DNA of 64,000 nucleotides from Hypanus sabinus. Its lineage: Eukaryota. The stretch spans positions 136,834,001-136,898,000 of the forward strand of contig NC_082712.1 of NCBI RefSeq assembly GCF_030144855.1. Direction: 5' to 3'. Below the pieces are notes generated by a model. The model saw only the letters and a list, made by a program, of their open reading frames with translations, was not told the origin of the DNA and did no database searches. Below are positions 12,957 to 27,300 of the stretch, piece by piece. A program made the position numbers and the translations under genes. Every line of letters starts with the position of its first letter. Position 1 is the stretch's first letter.

Positions 12957-13757
12957 GGTTAGATAATCTGAGATAGTATCTGCTGACACAAGAATGGGGG
13001 ACTTCATTTAAAGAAAGAAAATCCTGAGGGTAGTCGTAGGATGAATAGAGGCTTCCTCATATGGAAGAATATAAACTATTATATAAATATAAACCCAGTT
13101 AAAAATAAAAGGATGGCTAAGGCCAGCTTGTACATGCTGGAAATGCAGCTTTATTTTGCATCCAAAGGCTGGGAATTCACCACTCCCTCAAAATTGCCAG
13201 TCTCTGGTTCTTTATGATAAATTCTACTCTATTGCTGCAAATTTTACAAAATGAAATAATGGGGCTAATATTGTCTTTGACTTCGACCATCAAACATTAG
13301 ACAATCTGTCAGTGTCTGTCTCCATTTATCATTCATCTGCCCCAGTCTTTCAATTCCACCACTGCTTCCCTCCCCTACCTGGCACTACCTGCCTGTCATT
13401 TTACACCCCTCAGGTGCACCGATCACTTTGGAGTCCTTTCAGGCCACCTCCCTTACCCTCTCCATGCTGGACATCTCACCTCTCCATTCTGAAGCTTGGT
13501 GTAGGTTTCTGACAAAAAACATAGATAATTTCCTTCCTTCCACTGTGCCGAATTCCTCCAGCAGACTGTATGTTGTTGCTGATCCAGCATCTGCAGTCTC
13601 TTGTTTTTCCAATCTGCCACTGGGTGTCACTTTTTTTTTGCAATTTAAATGTTTCTTAAAAGTATGGCTAAAGTCTGGATTGACAACAATGTTGTATTTT
13701 AAGTATAATTAAAATTGATATAAACGATTGTATCATTAACTTGTAAGGAAAATGTAT

Positions 13758-14893
13758 ATGTACAAACAAGCTGGATGAACTCAGCAGGTCGGGCAGCATC
13801 CGTTGAAAGAAGAAGTCAACATTTCGAGTCGAGACCCTTGGTCAGGACTAAAGAAGGAGAGGTGAGGGAGGGGAAGCAGGGAGGGGATAGGCAGGAGAAG
13901 TGAAGAAGGAATCTTAGGGGAAAGCACTATGGGTAGTAGAAGAAGGCAGCATCATGAGAGGTGATAGGCAGCTAGAAGAGGAGACAGAGTGAAGGTGGGA
14001 TGGGGGAAGAGAGAGGGAGGGAATTACCAGAAGTTGGAGAATTCGATGTTCATACCAAGGGGCTGGAGACTACCCAGACGGTGTATGAGATGTTGTTCCT
14101 CCAACCGAAGTTTGGCCTCATCATGGCAGTAGGGGAGGCCATGTATGGACATATCCGAATGGGAATGTGAAGCAGAGTTGAAGTGGGTGGGAACCGGGAG
14201 ATCCTGTCTGTTGTGGCGGACGGAGCGTAGGTGCTCGACGAAGCGGTCCCCCAATCTGCGTCGAGTTTTGCCAATGTAGAGGAGGCTGCACCGGGTGCAA
14301 TAAGTTACCCCAACAGACTCACAAGTTAAGTGTTGCCTTATCTGGAAGGACTGCTTGGGGCCCTGAATGGTGGTAAGAGATGAGGTGTAGGGACAGGTGT
14401 ATCACTTGCGCTTGCAGGGATAAGTGCCAGGTGGGAGATCTGTGGGGAGGGACATGTGGACCAGGCAGTCACGGAGGGAATGTTCCCTGCGAAAAGCAGA
14501 GTGGGGTAGAGAGTGAAAAATGTCCTTAGTGGTGGGGTCCTGTTGAAGGTGGTGGAAGTTGCGGAGGATAATATGCTGGATCCGAAGACTGGTGGGATGA
14601 TAGGTGAGGACAAGTGGGACACAGTCCCTGTTGTGGTGACGGGAGGATGGGGTGAGGGCCAAAGTGTGGGAAATGGAGGAGATACGGGTGAGGGCATCAT
14701 TAATGACGGCAGAAGGGAAACCACGATTCTTAAAGAAAGAGGACATTTGGAATATCCTGGAACAGAAAGCCTCAGCCTTGGAGCAGATGTGGCCGAGACG
14801 GAGGAACTGGGAATAGGAATAGAATTTTTGCATTTGGCAGGTTGGGAAGAAGTATAATCAAGGTAGTTATGGGTGTCAGTGGGTTTATAATAC
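13758..14893 (-). mobile_element. Penelope-like element, 5'-truncated
   Basis: RT C-terminal remnants (DTHNYLDYTSS, SQFLRL..ICS) and GIY-YIG C-terminus (GDRFVEHLRSV...EQHLI). Flanked by a 13-bp direct repeat aaggaaaatgtat. Confidence 0.8.
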
Positions 14894-16639
14894 AAGGAAA
14901 ATGTATGATTTTTTAAAAAAAGAAAACACTTGTGCATAGTTTATTTTAATGATAACCAGATACTTGAAAGGTGCAATGCAAGAAAAACTTTCCCTGCTGC
15001 TTCCCATGCATTTGAGCCCCCAGTGTGTGGTAGCTAGAGCTGATAGTACATCAAAAATGATTTGCTACTTCAAGGCCCTTTTACCAGAGACTTCAAGGCC
15101 CCTTTATTCATGTCGTACATTCAGCATACCTCCCGAAGTTGACACTGCTTCACATAAAGTAATATTACATCAGATAAACAAGATTCAGGAAGTTTGAAAC
15201 AGGTTAGAGTGGTGGAGATGTTTAGGAAAAGAATTTCAGATCTCAAGTTTACAACCCAGAGGCTCTGAGATCCACAATTAGGAAATGCTTTCTGAGGCTG
15301 GTTATGGCATGCAATGCATTAACTGCAGCCTCCTAGATAAACTTTACCCACTGCCAGATGCCATGTCCTTGGCCCTACATCACTAGAGCATTTCAATGGT
15401 AAACACCTACTTTAGACTATTGCTTATTGGTTACAATTCTTTCTTCTATACTATAATTCCAAGCTCACTCATCTCCAAACTTCAAGATCAGAGACACAAC
15501 ACCTTCTTAAACAACTGAAGCCTCAACTTCCTGACCAACAGACCGCAAGTGGTAAGGTTAGGCAGCGATGCCTCTGCCATGATCATCCTCAACACTCGCA
15601 CACCACAGCCTGCTACTGTGTTCCCTGTACACTCATGATTGTGTGACCAGTTTATGGTCTAACTCCGTCTCTATTTATATACAGGCCTTGAACAACAGTC
15701 CAGTAGCATGCACCATGATCCATTTACGATCAGAACATCACAAGGTGAAAACAGGTGTGCACTCGTGCGCCTTCATAGTTTACGCAATGTGGCGAGAGAG
15801 CAATAGAGTGACTTGATCCTCATGATGAGGACCACTTACCTGAGGCGGACGCACCTGTTCAAGAATCTCCATCTGCTGCAACACTTCCAGGAACCTATAT
15901 TAGATTGGATTGTTTATCTGTCCCACCACGGTGATATATCCATAGCCTAATAGCTTAGGGCAAGTGACTGAAGAGGCAAAATAATCCACTCACTTTGCCT
16001 GAGCATTCAGGTAGTCTACTCTGACCTTCATTAGATTTAGTGGAGTTTTTTTTTGGTAAGCTCTAATGTTGAAATTTCTGAATCTAGTCAAGACTTTCAA
16101 ACATTGTGAGGACCATTTTTGAACTATATTCAAAACCTTTGATTTGCCGTTAAAGTACAGATGTTGGCTAGTAACACATTTCACTATATGATAAGGATTT
16201 ATTTTCCTTTTTTCTTTCTTTACCAAACAGCTTTGATCTTGGTAGTGGGCGTAAATTCTTTTTTTGTATTATAGAATTATCACATTTCAGTAGTATGATT
16301 TAATTTACATGAATATAAGGTAATGAGATTGCAAGTGTGATGCAAATATAATGTATTTGGTATTATTTTACCTTTTTTGCCTTATATATCTTGTACTCTG
16401 TATTCTAATTAATAAAATTAATAAAAATATTGAAAAAGGAAAAAATCAGATTGCTCTTAAAGGAATTGGTGAAAAGGGGAGGAATACAGAGATAGAAAGA
16501 AATTGTTAAAAATAAAGCAAAAGCTTGTCATAATGTTGGCAGTTCTTTTCGATATTTATGTAAGGAGCATCAGTTACGTGCTATAGGTGAAATGAACTGA
16601 ATTACTCAGTATCAGTGACTATAATTTCAATTCTATAGG

Positions 16640-19600
16640 GAAAAAGTGCCTCCCCAGTGCAAGGGTCAAGGATGTCTCTGAGCGGCTGCAGGACATTCTG
16701 GAATGGGAGGGTGAACAGCCAGTGGTCATGGTGTACATAGGTAGCAAAGATATAGGTAAAAGATGGGATGAGGTCCTACAAGGTGAATTTAGGGAGTTAG
16801 GAGATAAACTAAAAAGTAGGACCACAAAGGTAATAATCTCTGGATTACTACCAGTGCCATATGCTAGTCAGAATAGAAATAGGAGGATATTTCAGATGAA
16901 TACGTGGCTTGAAAAATGGTGCAAGGGGGAGGGATTCAAATTTCTGGAGCATTGGAACCAGTTCTGGGGGAGGTGGGACCGGTATAAACAGGACGGTCTG
17001 CACCTGGGCTGGACTGGAACCAATGTCCTAGGGGGAGCGTTTGCTACTGCTGTTCAGGAGGATTTATACTAATGTGGCAGGGGGATGGGAACAAATGCAG
17101 AGAGACAGAGGGGTGTAAAATGGGAGTAGAAGCAAAAAGTAGTAAGGTGAAAAGTAAAAGTAGCAGGCAGGCAAATCCAGGGCAAAAAGCAAAAGGGCCA
17201 CTTTTGAATATAATTGTATAAGGGCTAAGAGTGTTGTAAAAACAAGCCTGAAGGTTTTGTGTGTCAATGCGAGGAGCATTCGTAACAAGGTGGGTGAATT
17301 GAATGTGCAGATAGTTATTAATGAATATGATATAGTTCGGATCACAGAGACATGGCTCCAGGGTGACCAAGGATCGGAGCTCAACATCCAGGGATATTCA
17401 ATAGTCAGGAGGGATAGACAGGAAAGAAAAGGAGGTGGGGTAGCATTGCTGGTTAGAGAGGAGATTAATGCAATAGAAAGGAAGGACATTAGCCTGGAGG
17501 ATGTGGAATTGATATGGGTAGAGCTGCATAACACTAAGGGGCAGAAAACGCTGGTGGGAGTTGTGTACAGGCCACTTAACAGTAGTAGTGAGGTTGGGGA
17601 TGGCATTAAACAGGAAATTAGAAATGCGTGCAATAAAGGAACAGTAGTTATAATGGGTGACTTCAATCTACATGTAGATTGGGTGAACCAAATTGGTAAG
17701 GGTGCTGAGGAAGAGGATTTCTTGGAATATATGCGGGATGGTTTTCTGAACCAACATGTCGAGGAACCAACTAGAGAGCAGGCCATTCTAGACTGGGTAT
17801 TGGGCAATGAGGAAGGATTAGTTAGCACTCCTGTCGTGCGAGGCCCCTTGGGCAAGAGTGACCATAATATGGTGGAATTCTTCATTAAGATGGAGAGTGA
17901 CATAGTTAATTCAGAAACAAAGGTTCTGAACTTAAAGAAGGGTAACTTTGAAGGCATGAGACATGAATTAGCTAAGATAGACTGGAAAATTATACTTAAA
18001 GGGTTGACGGTGAACATGCAATGGCAAACATTTAAAAATCGCATGGATGAACTACAACAATTGTTCATCTCAGTTTGGCAAAAGAATAAACCAGGGAAGG
18101 TAATGCACCCGTGGCTGACAAGGGAAATTAGGGATAGTATCAAGTCCAAAGAAGAAACATATAAATTAGCAAAAAAAAAGCAGTGCACATGAGGACTGGG
18201 AGAAATTCAGAGACCATCAGAGGAGGACAAAGGGCTTAATTAGGAAATGGAAAAAATATTATGAGAGAAAGCTGGCAGGGAACATAAAAACTGACTGTAA
18301 ATGCTTTTATAGATATGTGAAAAGAAAAAGATTGGTCAAGACAAATGTAGGTCCCTTACAGTCAGAAACAAGTGAATTGATCATAGGGGACAAGGACATG
18401 GCAGACTAGTTGAATAACTACTTTGGTTCTGTCTTCACGAAGGAGGACATAAATAATCTTCCGAAAATAGTAGGGGACTAAGGGTCTAGTGAGATAGAGG
18501 AACTGAGGGAATGCATGTTAGTAGGGAAGTGGTGTTAGGTAAATTGAAGGGATTAAAGGCAGATAAGTCCCCACATCATGGTCTGCATCCCAGAGTGCTT
18601 AAGGAAGTAGCCTAAAAATAGTGGATGCACTAGTGATAATTTTTCAAAACTCCTTAGATTCTGGATTAGTTCCTGAGGATTGGAGGGTGGCTAATGTAAC
18701 CCCACTTTTTAAAAAAGGAGGGAGAGAAAAACTGGGGAGTTATAGACCGGTGAGTCTGATATCGGTGGTGGGGAAAATGCTGGAGTCCGTTATCAAAGAT
18801 GTGATAACAGCACATTTGGAAAGAGGTGAAATCATCGGACAAAGTCAGCATGGATTTGTGAAAGGAAAATCATGTCTTACGAATCTTATAAAATTTTTTT
18901 AAGATGTAACTAGTAGAGTGGATGGGGAGAGCCAGTGGATGTGGTATATTTAGATTTTCAAAAGGCTTTTGACAAGGTCCTACATAGGAGATTAGTGTGC
19001 AAACTTAAAGCACATGGTATTGGGGATATGGTATTGATGTGGATAGAGAATTGGTTGGCAGACAGGAAGCAAAGAGTGGGAGTAAATGGGACCTTTTCAG
19101 AATGGCAGGCAGTGACTAGTGGGGTACCGCAAAGCTCAGTGCTGGGACCCCAGTTGTTTACAATATATATTAATGATTTAGACGAGGGAATTAAATGCAG
19201 CATCTCCAAGTTTATGGATGACACGAAGCTGGGTGGCAGTGTTAGCTGTGAGGAGGATGCTAAGAGCATGCAAGGTGACTTGGATAGGTTAGGTGAGTGG
19301 GCAAATTCATGGCAGATGCAATTTAAGGTGGATAAATGTGAGGTTATCCACCTTGGTTGCAAGAACAGGAAAACATATTATTATCTGAACGGTGGCCGAT
19401 TAGGAAAAGGGGAGGTGCAACGAGACTTGGGTGTCATTGTACACCAGTCATTGAAGGTGGGCATGCAGGTACAGCAGGCGGTGAAAAAGGCAAATGGTAT
19501 GTTGGCATTCATAGCAAAAGGATTTGAGTACAGGAGCAGGGAGGTTCTACTGCAGTTGTACAAGGCCTTAGTGAGATTGCACCTGGAGTATTGTGTGCAG

Positions 19601-20138
19601 TTTTGCTCCCCTAATCTGAGGAAAGACATTCTTGCCATAGAGGAAGTACAAAGAAGGTTCACCAGATTGATTCCTGGGATGGCAGGACTTTCATATGATG
19701 AAACACTGGATTGACTAAGCTTATACTCACTGAAATTTCAAAGATTGAGGGGGGATCTTATTGAAATGTGTAAAATTCTAAAGGGATTGAACAGGCTAGA
19801 TGCAGGAAGATTGTTTCCGATGTTGGGGAAGCCCAGAACGAGGGGTTACAATTTAAGGATAATGGGGAAGCCTTTAAGGACTGAGATGAGGAAAAACTTC
19901 TTCACAAAGAAAGTGGTGAATCTGTGGAATTCTCTGCCACAGGAAACAGTTGAGGCCAGTTCATTGGCTATATTTAAGAGGAAGTTAGATATGGCCCTGG
20001 TGGCTAAAGGGATCGGGGGTATGGAGAGAAAGCAGGTACAGGGTTCTGAGTTGGATGATCAGCCATGATCATACTGAATGGCGGTGCAGGCTTGAAGGGC
20101 CGAATGGCCTACTCCTGCACCTATTTTCTATGTTTCTA
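16640..20138 (+). mobile_element. CR1 LINE, near full length (ORF1 esterase C-terminus + disrupted ORF2)
   Basis: VVMVYIGSKD...DGLHL SGNH-type ORF1; NARSIRNK endonuclease start; RT motifs; several stops and frameshifts; ttctatgtttcta tail. Confidence 0.92.
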
Positions 20139-20559
20139 CGTAGTGTTTTTTTCAAGAAGGGGAGATGTAGTGGTAGTTAATAGTAGTATTCCTATACCAC
20201 TTCCACATGAGAGGAGTTCACATACTGAACAAGCTTGGATAACAAACATCAGTTGAGTATTCTACAGACTGTCGTCCTGGTGTGCTCTGCACTGTCCCTC
20301 AATAACAAACACAACAGGTCACACAGCATCTGGAGTTTTGTGAGTAGTTTTGTGTCTCTTATTTAAATGACCGCGAACGAAAAGATATGTTGCACTGGGG
20401 ATAGTCCAGAGGAGGTTCATGAGAATATCCTGGGAGTGAATGAAAGGATTAACGCATGTGGAGCACTTGCTGGCACTAGACCCGTTTAAATGTTCAGAAG
20501 TTTAAATGAATGAGCGGAGAATATTGAAGTTCCAAATAGTGATGTGGATTGCATGGTTC

Positions 20560-23150
20560 ATTAGAGTCATAGGACACTACAGCATAGAAACTGACTGGAT
20601 GGGCCAAGGTTCTATGTCAAAACCTTAATCTACCTAGTCCCGTTGAACTGTCCCTGAACCGTAGCCCTCCATACCCATCATCCAAGTACCTATCCAAATT
20701 TCTTTTAGATGCTGAAATCAAACCCACATCCACGCCTTGTGCTGACAGCTCATTCCACACTCGTACAATCCTTTCTGTGAAGAAGTTCCCCCTCATGTTC
20801 CACTTAAAATATTTAACCTTTCACATTTAACACATGACCTCTAGTTGTCATCTCACATGATCACAGTGGAAAAGGTATGCTTGCATTTACCTTATTATAC
20901 CTCTCACAATTTTCTATACCTCTATCAAATTTCCCTTCAATCATCTATGTTCTAGGGAATAAAGTTCCAGCCTATTCAACCTCTCTGTATAACTCAGGTC
21001 ATCAAGTCCTGGAACATCCTTGTAAATTTTCTCTACACTCTTTCAATCTTAAAACTCCACACAATACTCCAAATCTGGTGTCTTATACAATTTCAACATA
21101 ACATCCCAACTCCTGTACTCAAATACATTGATCTATGAAGGTAAAAGTCCCAAAAGCTTTCTTTATCACCCTATCTATTATGGATCAGTACTCCTCAGTG
21201 CCCTACTGCTCACCATGTAAAATCTACCCTAGCTACTCCTTCAAAAGTGATATACCTCACACTTTGGATGTACTGTGGAGAACATTCTGACAGGCTGCAT
21301 CACTGTCTGGTATGGGGCAGGGGCTACTGCACAGGACCAAAAGAAGTGCAGAGGGTTGTAAATTTAGTCTGCTCCATCTTATGTACCAGCCTACAAAGTA
21401 CCCAGGACAGCGATGTCTCAGAAAGTAAGCATCCATTATTAAGGACCTCCAGCACCCAGGGCATGCCATTTTTCTCTCTGTTACCATCATGTACAGAAGC
21501 CTAAAGGCACACATTCAGTGATTCAGGATCAGCTTCTTGCCCTCTGCCATCCAATGTCTAAATGGACATTGAACCCTTGAAAACTACCTCCCTTTTTAAA
21601 TGTATATTATTTCTGAATTTTTGCATGATTTTTAATTGATTCAATAAATGTATACTGTATATTATTTATTTATTATTATTTTTTTCTTCTTCTATGTTAT
21701 GTGTTGCATTGAACTGCTGCTGCTACATTAACAAATTTCACAACACATGCCGGTGATAATAAACCTCATTCTGATTCTGATTCTTGTTTGCTTTAATTCT
21801 TTCTGCCATTTCTCAACCACTTTTCCAAATGGGCCAAATCCTGCTGTAAACTTTGATAGTCTTCCTCACTTCCCAATCTTGATGTCATCCACAAATTTGC
21901 TGGTCTAGCTTACCATGTTACTATCCAGGTTATTGATATAGGTGTCAAACAACAAGGGGACCAGCACCGATCTCTGCAACACACCACTAGTCACGGGCTT
22001 CCAGTCAAAGAGGCAACCATCCACAACCACTCTCTGCCTTCCCCCATGAAGTTAATGTCTAATCTAATTTACTACCTCATCTTGAATGCAAAATGACTGA
22101 ACCTTGTTGTCCAACCTCCCATTTCGGAACTTGTCAAAGGCCTTGCTAAAATCCATGTAGACAATATCCACTGACTTGCCTTCATCAACTTTCCTGGTAA
22201 CTTCTTCGACAGACCTTATAATTGGTTAAGCACAACATACCACGCACAAAGCCATATTGACTATCCCTAATCAATCCCTGTCTATCCATATACTTATATA
22301 TCCAGTCCCTTCTAATAACTTTCCATAACTTTACCACTAGTGAAGTCAGGCACACTGGCATATAATTTCCTGGCTTATGCTTAGAGCCTGTCCTAACAAT
22401 GGAACAGCATTAGCTTTTATAAAATCCTCTGCCACCCAACTCATCACTAAGATGATTTCAATGTCTCCGTTAAGGCCCCTGCAGTTTTGGTACTAGTCTC
22501 CCTCAGGGTTCGAGGGAACACTTTGTCAGACCTTGGGGATTTATCCACCCTAATTTGCCTTACAGGGTGCATGACTTCACTACCACGTTTCTTCACTATT
22601 GACTCTCTGTCCATCTTCCAAGTAAATACAAAGACAGTGCAATAAAATCCATTTGAGATCTACTCTCTGTCTTTCGGCTTCACACATAGATTACAACTCC
22701 AGTCTTCCAGAGAACCAGTTTTGTCCATTGCTATCCTTTTGCTCTTAATATCTGTAGATGTTCTTAGGAATCTCCTTCCCTTTATCTGCTAGAGCAACCA
22801 TGCCTTTTCATAGCCCTCTTGATTTCCTTCTTATGTGTTGTCTTGCATTTCTTGTCCTGAATTACCTCATTTGTTGTGACCTGCCTATACCTGCTATGCA
22901 CCTCCTTTTTCTTAACCAGAACCTTAATATCTTTCAAAACAGGGTTCCCTAAATCTGTTATCCATGCTTTTTATTCTGACAGGAACATACAAACTCTATA
23001 TTCTCAAAATTCACTTTTGAAGGCCCCCCACTTATCAAGTACACCTTTGCCAGGAAACAACGTGTCCCAGTCCACACTTGTCAGGTCCTTTCTGATACCA
23101 TCAAAATTGGTCTTTAGATGATACCATCAAGATTTTGAACCTTAACCTGA
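20560..23150 (-). mobile_element. Decayed CR1 interrupted by a plus-strand LINE 3' fragment (about 21255-21783, ending in attctg repeats)
   Basis: Antisense RT-like motifs. The nested fragment has aataaa followed by (attctg)n. Confidence 0.65.
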
Positions 23151-24089
23151 GGACCAGATCAATCCTTTTCTATAATTACAACTTAACTCCTTTCATGACA
23201 AATCTCCAAAATCACAACTTTTAAACAAAGTAAATCTCATTCAATCACTTATCAAAGTCTTTGCAAAAATAATCAGTTCTGCCAGAAAATCAACTTCAGA
23301 TCCATTGAATGAAAAATACACATATACATCCAACCGTTTTAAATACCCGACGTATTGAAACATTTCACGCCTGCTCTGATTCTTCGATCTTGGGTGGTTT
23401 GCCATCTTATTTCCTGGTTCATTGGATGAAATAGTGGGTCATCCACAGAATGTCAATTCACAATACTTGTGAATTGTGAAAAACCTGACCAAAACTCTTG
23501 GTATGATTTAACTGACCTAATTCCTGTTTACACTGTAGAGATTGTGGACACTACTCTCTACCAAACTTACCTCACTGCAGTTGTAGCTTCAATAAATCTT
23601 TTATCAATACCATCTCTCCCCCATGGGTTTCACACTGATGATTTCCCATAAGTAGGGTAGAGACACTAACTACTAATTCCACTTTTAACAGTTTTTATCT
23701 TTAGTTACTTTCTATAGTTTGCTGCATTTCTGTCACTTGTCCAAGCCTCGTTAGCAATGCCTAGTTCTTGCATAGCCCTTTTGTCAAGTTCTCTTTTTAA
23801 AAATTCAGTAAATCTCGTCTTCATCCCTCCACAGTTTTCTGACATTAGATCTTTGGGCTTAATTAACCTGAGTTACACTTATGTTTCCTGCAACAGCCTG
23901 TGGTCTCTCTACTAATTGCTCCTCTAAATCCCACAGACTGTTGGGTGGTTTACAATATAATCCCATTAACTTGGTCATACATTTCTTCTTCTTTAGGTCT
24001 ACCCATAAGCCTTCACTAGAAAAGCTATCCAGCCTATCCTGTATCCTGTACCCAGCAGTATTCTGGGTGACTGTGTCCAGACAAAATGA

Positions 24090-24306
24090 TGCCACAAAGA
24101 TGGGCACTTCCTGCTAAGCAGTAGGTACTGGAATTGCAGCGCTCATGGCTAACACCCCCCACACCTTCGCAGGATAAGATGGTTGCTGCTATCTGGGGCA
24201 CATGGTACTGCACAAATGCCACCTCAACAACCTGAATGAGCAGAAAGATCCTGGATGATAGTCTTTCCCCTGTACGGTACAATCAGGCTGTCCCAGGAAC
24301 TGATAC
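24090..24306 (+). pseudogene. ERV env remnant, SU C-terminal part
   Basis: Frameshifted WALP / YWNCSAHG* / *DGCCYLGHMV, matching the retroviral SU pattern YWxCG...LP..WxGxCYLG. It joins the TM part once the CR1 is removed. Confidence 0.55.
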
Positions 24307-27300
24307 AATAGACAATAGACAGTAGGTGCAGGAGTAGGCCATTTGGCCGTTCTAGCCAGCACCTCCAGTCACTGTGATCATGGCTGATCATAAACAATCA
24401 GTATCCCGTTCCTGCCCTCTCCCCATATCCCTTGACCCTGCTATCTATAAGCGGTCTATCTAACTCTCTCTTGAAAGCATCCAGAGACTTGCCCTCCACT
24501 GCCTTCTGGGGCAGAGCATTCCACTTATCCACCACTCTCTGGGTGAAAAAGTTTTTCCGCATCTCTGTTGTAAATGGCCTACCCCTTATTCTTAAACTGT
24601 GGCCTCTAGTTCTGGACTCACCCATCAGCAGGAAAATGCTTCCTGCCTTCAGCGTGTCCAATCCCTTAATAATCTTATATGTTTCAATCAGATTCCCCCT
24701 CATCCTTCTAAATTCCAGTGTATACAAGCCCAGTCGCTCCAATCTTTCAACATATGACAGTCCTGCCATTCTGGGAATTAACCTTGTGAACCTATGCTGC
24801 ACTCCCTCAATAGCAAGAATGTCCTTCCTCAAATTTGGAGACCAAAACTGCACACAATACTCCAGGTGGGGTCTCATCAGGGCCCTGTACAGCTGCAAAA
24901 GGACCTCTTTATTCCTATACTCAATTCCTCTTGTTATAAAGGCCAGCATGCCATTAGCTTTCTTCACTGCCTGCTGTACCTGCAGGCTTGTTTTCATTGA
25001 CTGATGTATAAGAACACCTAGATCTCGTTTTACTTCCCCTTTTCCTAACGACTCCATTTAGATAGTAATCTACCTTCCTGTTCTTTCCACCAAAGTGGAT
25101 AACCTCACACTTATCCACATTAAACTGCACCTGCCATACATTTGCCCACTCACCTAGTCTATCCAAGTCACCCTGCATTCTCATAACATCCTCCTGACAT
25201 TTCACACTGCCACCCACCTTTGTGTCATTGGCAAATTTGCTAATGTTACTTTTAATCTCTTCATCTAAATCATTCGTCATAAATCTAAATCGGTCCCAGC
25301 ACCGAACCTTGCGGTACCCCACTGATCTCATCCTGCCATTCCGAAAGGGACCCGTTAATCGCTACTCTTTGTTTCCTGTCAGCCAGCCAATTTTCAATCC
25401 ATGTCAGTACTCTGCCCGCAATACCATGTGCCCTAATTTTGCCCACTAATCTCCTATGTGGGACTTTATCAAAGGCTTTCTGAAAGTCCAGGTACACTAC
25501 ATCCACTGGCTCCCCCTTGTCCATTTTCATAGCTACATCCTCAAAAAACTCCAGAAGATTAGTCAAGCATGATTTTCCCTTTGTAAATCCATGCTGACTC
25601 AGACTGATCCTTCTACTGCTATCCAAATGTGTTGTTATTTCCTCTTTTATAATTGACTCCAGCATCTTTCCCACCACTGACGTCCGGCTAACCGGTCTAT
25701 AATTCACTGTTTTCTCTCTCCCTCCTTTCTTGAAATTGGGACAACATTAGCCACCCTCTAATCAGCAGGAACTGTTTCTGAATCTATGGAACATTGGAAA
25801 ATGATTACCAATGCGTCCACGATTTCTAGAGCCACCTCCTTAAGTACCCTGGAATGCAGACTATCAGGTCCCGGGGACTTATCAGCCTTCAGACTCAGCA
25901 GTCTATCCAACACCGTTTCTTGCCTAATATAAATTTCCTTCAGTTCATCCATTACCCTAGTTCCTTTGGCCACTATTACATCTGGGATATTGTGTTTTCC
26001 CTAGTGAAGTCAGATCCAAAGTACCTGTTCAACTCATCTGCCATTTCCTTGTTCCCCATAATAAATTCACACGTTTCTGTCTTCAATGGCCCAATTTTGG
26101 TCTTAACTATTTTTTTTGCTACTTACTTTCGTAAAGAAGCTTTTACTATCCTCCTTTATATTCTTGGCTAGTTTATCTTCGTACCTCATTTTTTCTTGGC
26201 GTATTGCCTTTCTTGTTATCTTCTGTTGCTCTTTAAAAGCTTCCCAGTCCTCCAGTTTCCCACTCATCTTTGCTATGTTATACTTCTTCTCTTTTATTTT
26301 TATACTGGCCTTTACTTCCCTCATTAGCCACGGCCGCCCTGTACTCCCCTTAGGATCTTTCTTCCTCTTTGGAATGAACCAATCCTGCACCTTCTGCATT
26401 ATTCCCAGAAATACCTGCCATTTTTGTTCCACTGTCTTCCCTGCTAGGGTATTGTTCCATTGAACTTTGGCCAGCTCCTCCCTCATAGCTCCATAGTTCC
26501 CTTTGTTCAACTGTAATACTGACACATCTGATTTTCCCTTCTTCTCAAAATGTAGGTTAAAATATATCATATTATGGTCACTATCTCCTAATGGCTCCTT
26601 TACCCTGAGGTCCCTGATCAAATCCGGTTCATTGCACAACACAAAATCTAGGATTGCCTTCTCCCTGGTAGGCTCCAGTACAAGCTGTTCTAAGAATCTA
26701 TCTCGGAGGCACTCCACAAACTCCTTTTCTTGGGGTCCAGTACCATCCTGATTCTCCCAATCTACCTGAATGTTGAAATCCCCCATGACAACTGTATGAT
26801 TACCTTTGCGACATGCCAATTTTAACTCTTCATTCAACTTACACCCTAAATCCAGACTACTGTTTGGGGGCCTGTAGATAACTCCCATTAGGGTCTTTCT
26901 ACCCTTAGAATTTCTCAGTTCTATCCATACTGACTCTACATCCCCTGATTCTATGTCTCCCCTCGCAAGGGACTGAATATCATTCCTCACCAACAGAGCC
27001 ACCCCACCCCCTCTGTTCGTCAGTCTGTCCTTTAGATAAGACGTATATCCTTGAATATTCATTTCCCAGGCCCTGTCCGCTTGAAGCCATGTCTCTGTTA
27101 TCCCCACAACATTGTACTTGCCAATTTCCAACTGAGCCTCAAGCTCATCTACTTTATTCCTTATACTTCGTGCGTTCATATATAATACTTTTAATTCATA
27201 TTCTTTTAACTCACTTTTCATATCACTTCCTATTTCACTTGGCCATACTATATGATCTCTTCTTGGGCTTTCTGCTCCATTGATTCTGTTGTGCTTTTTA

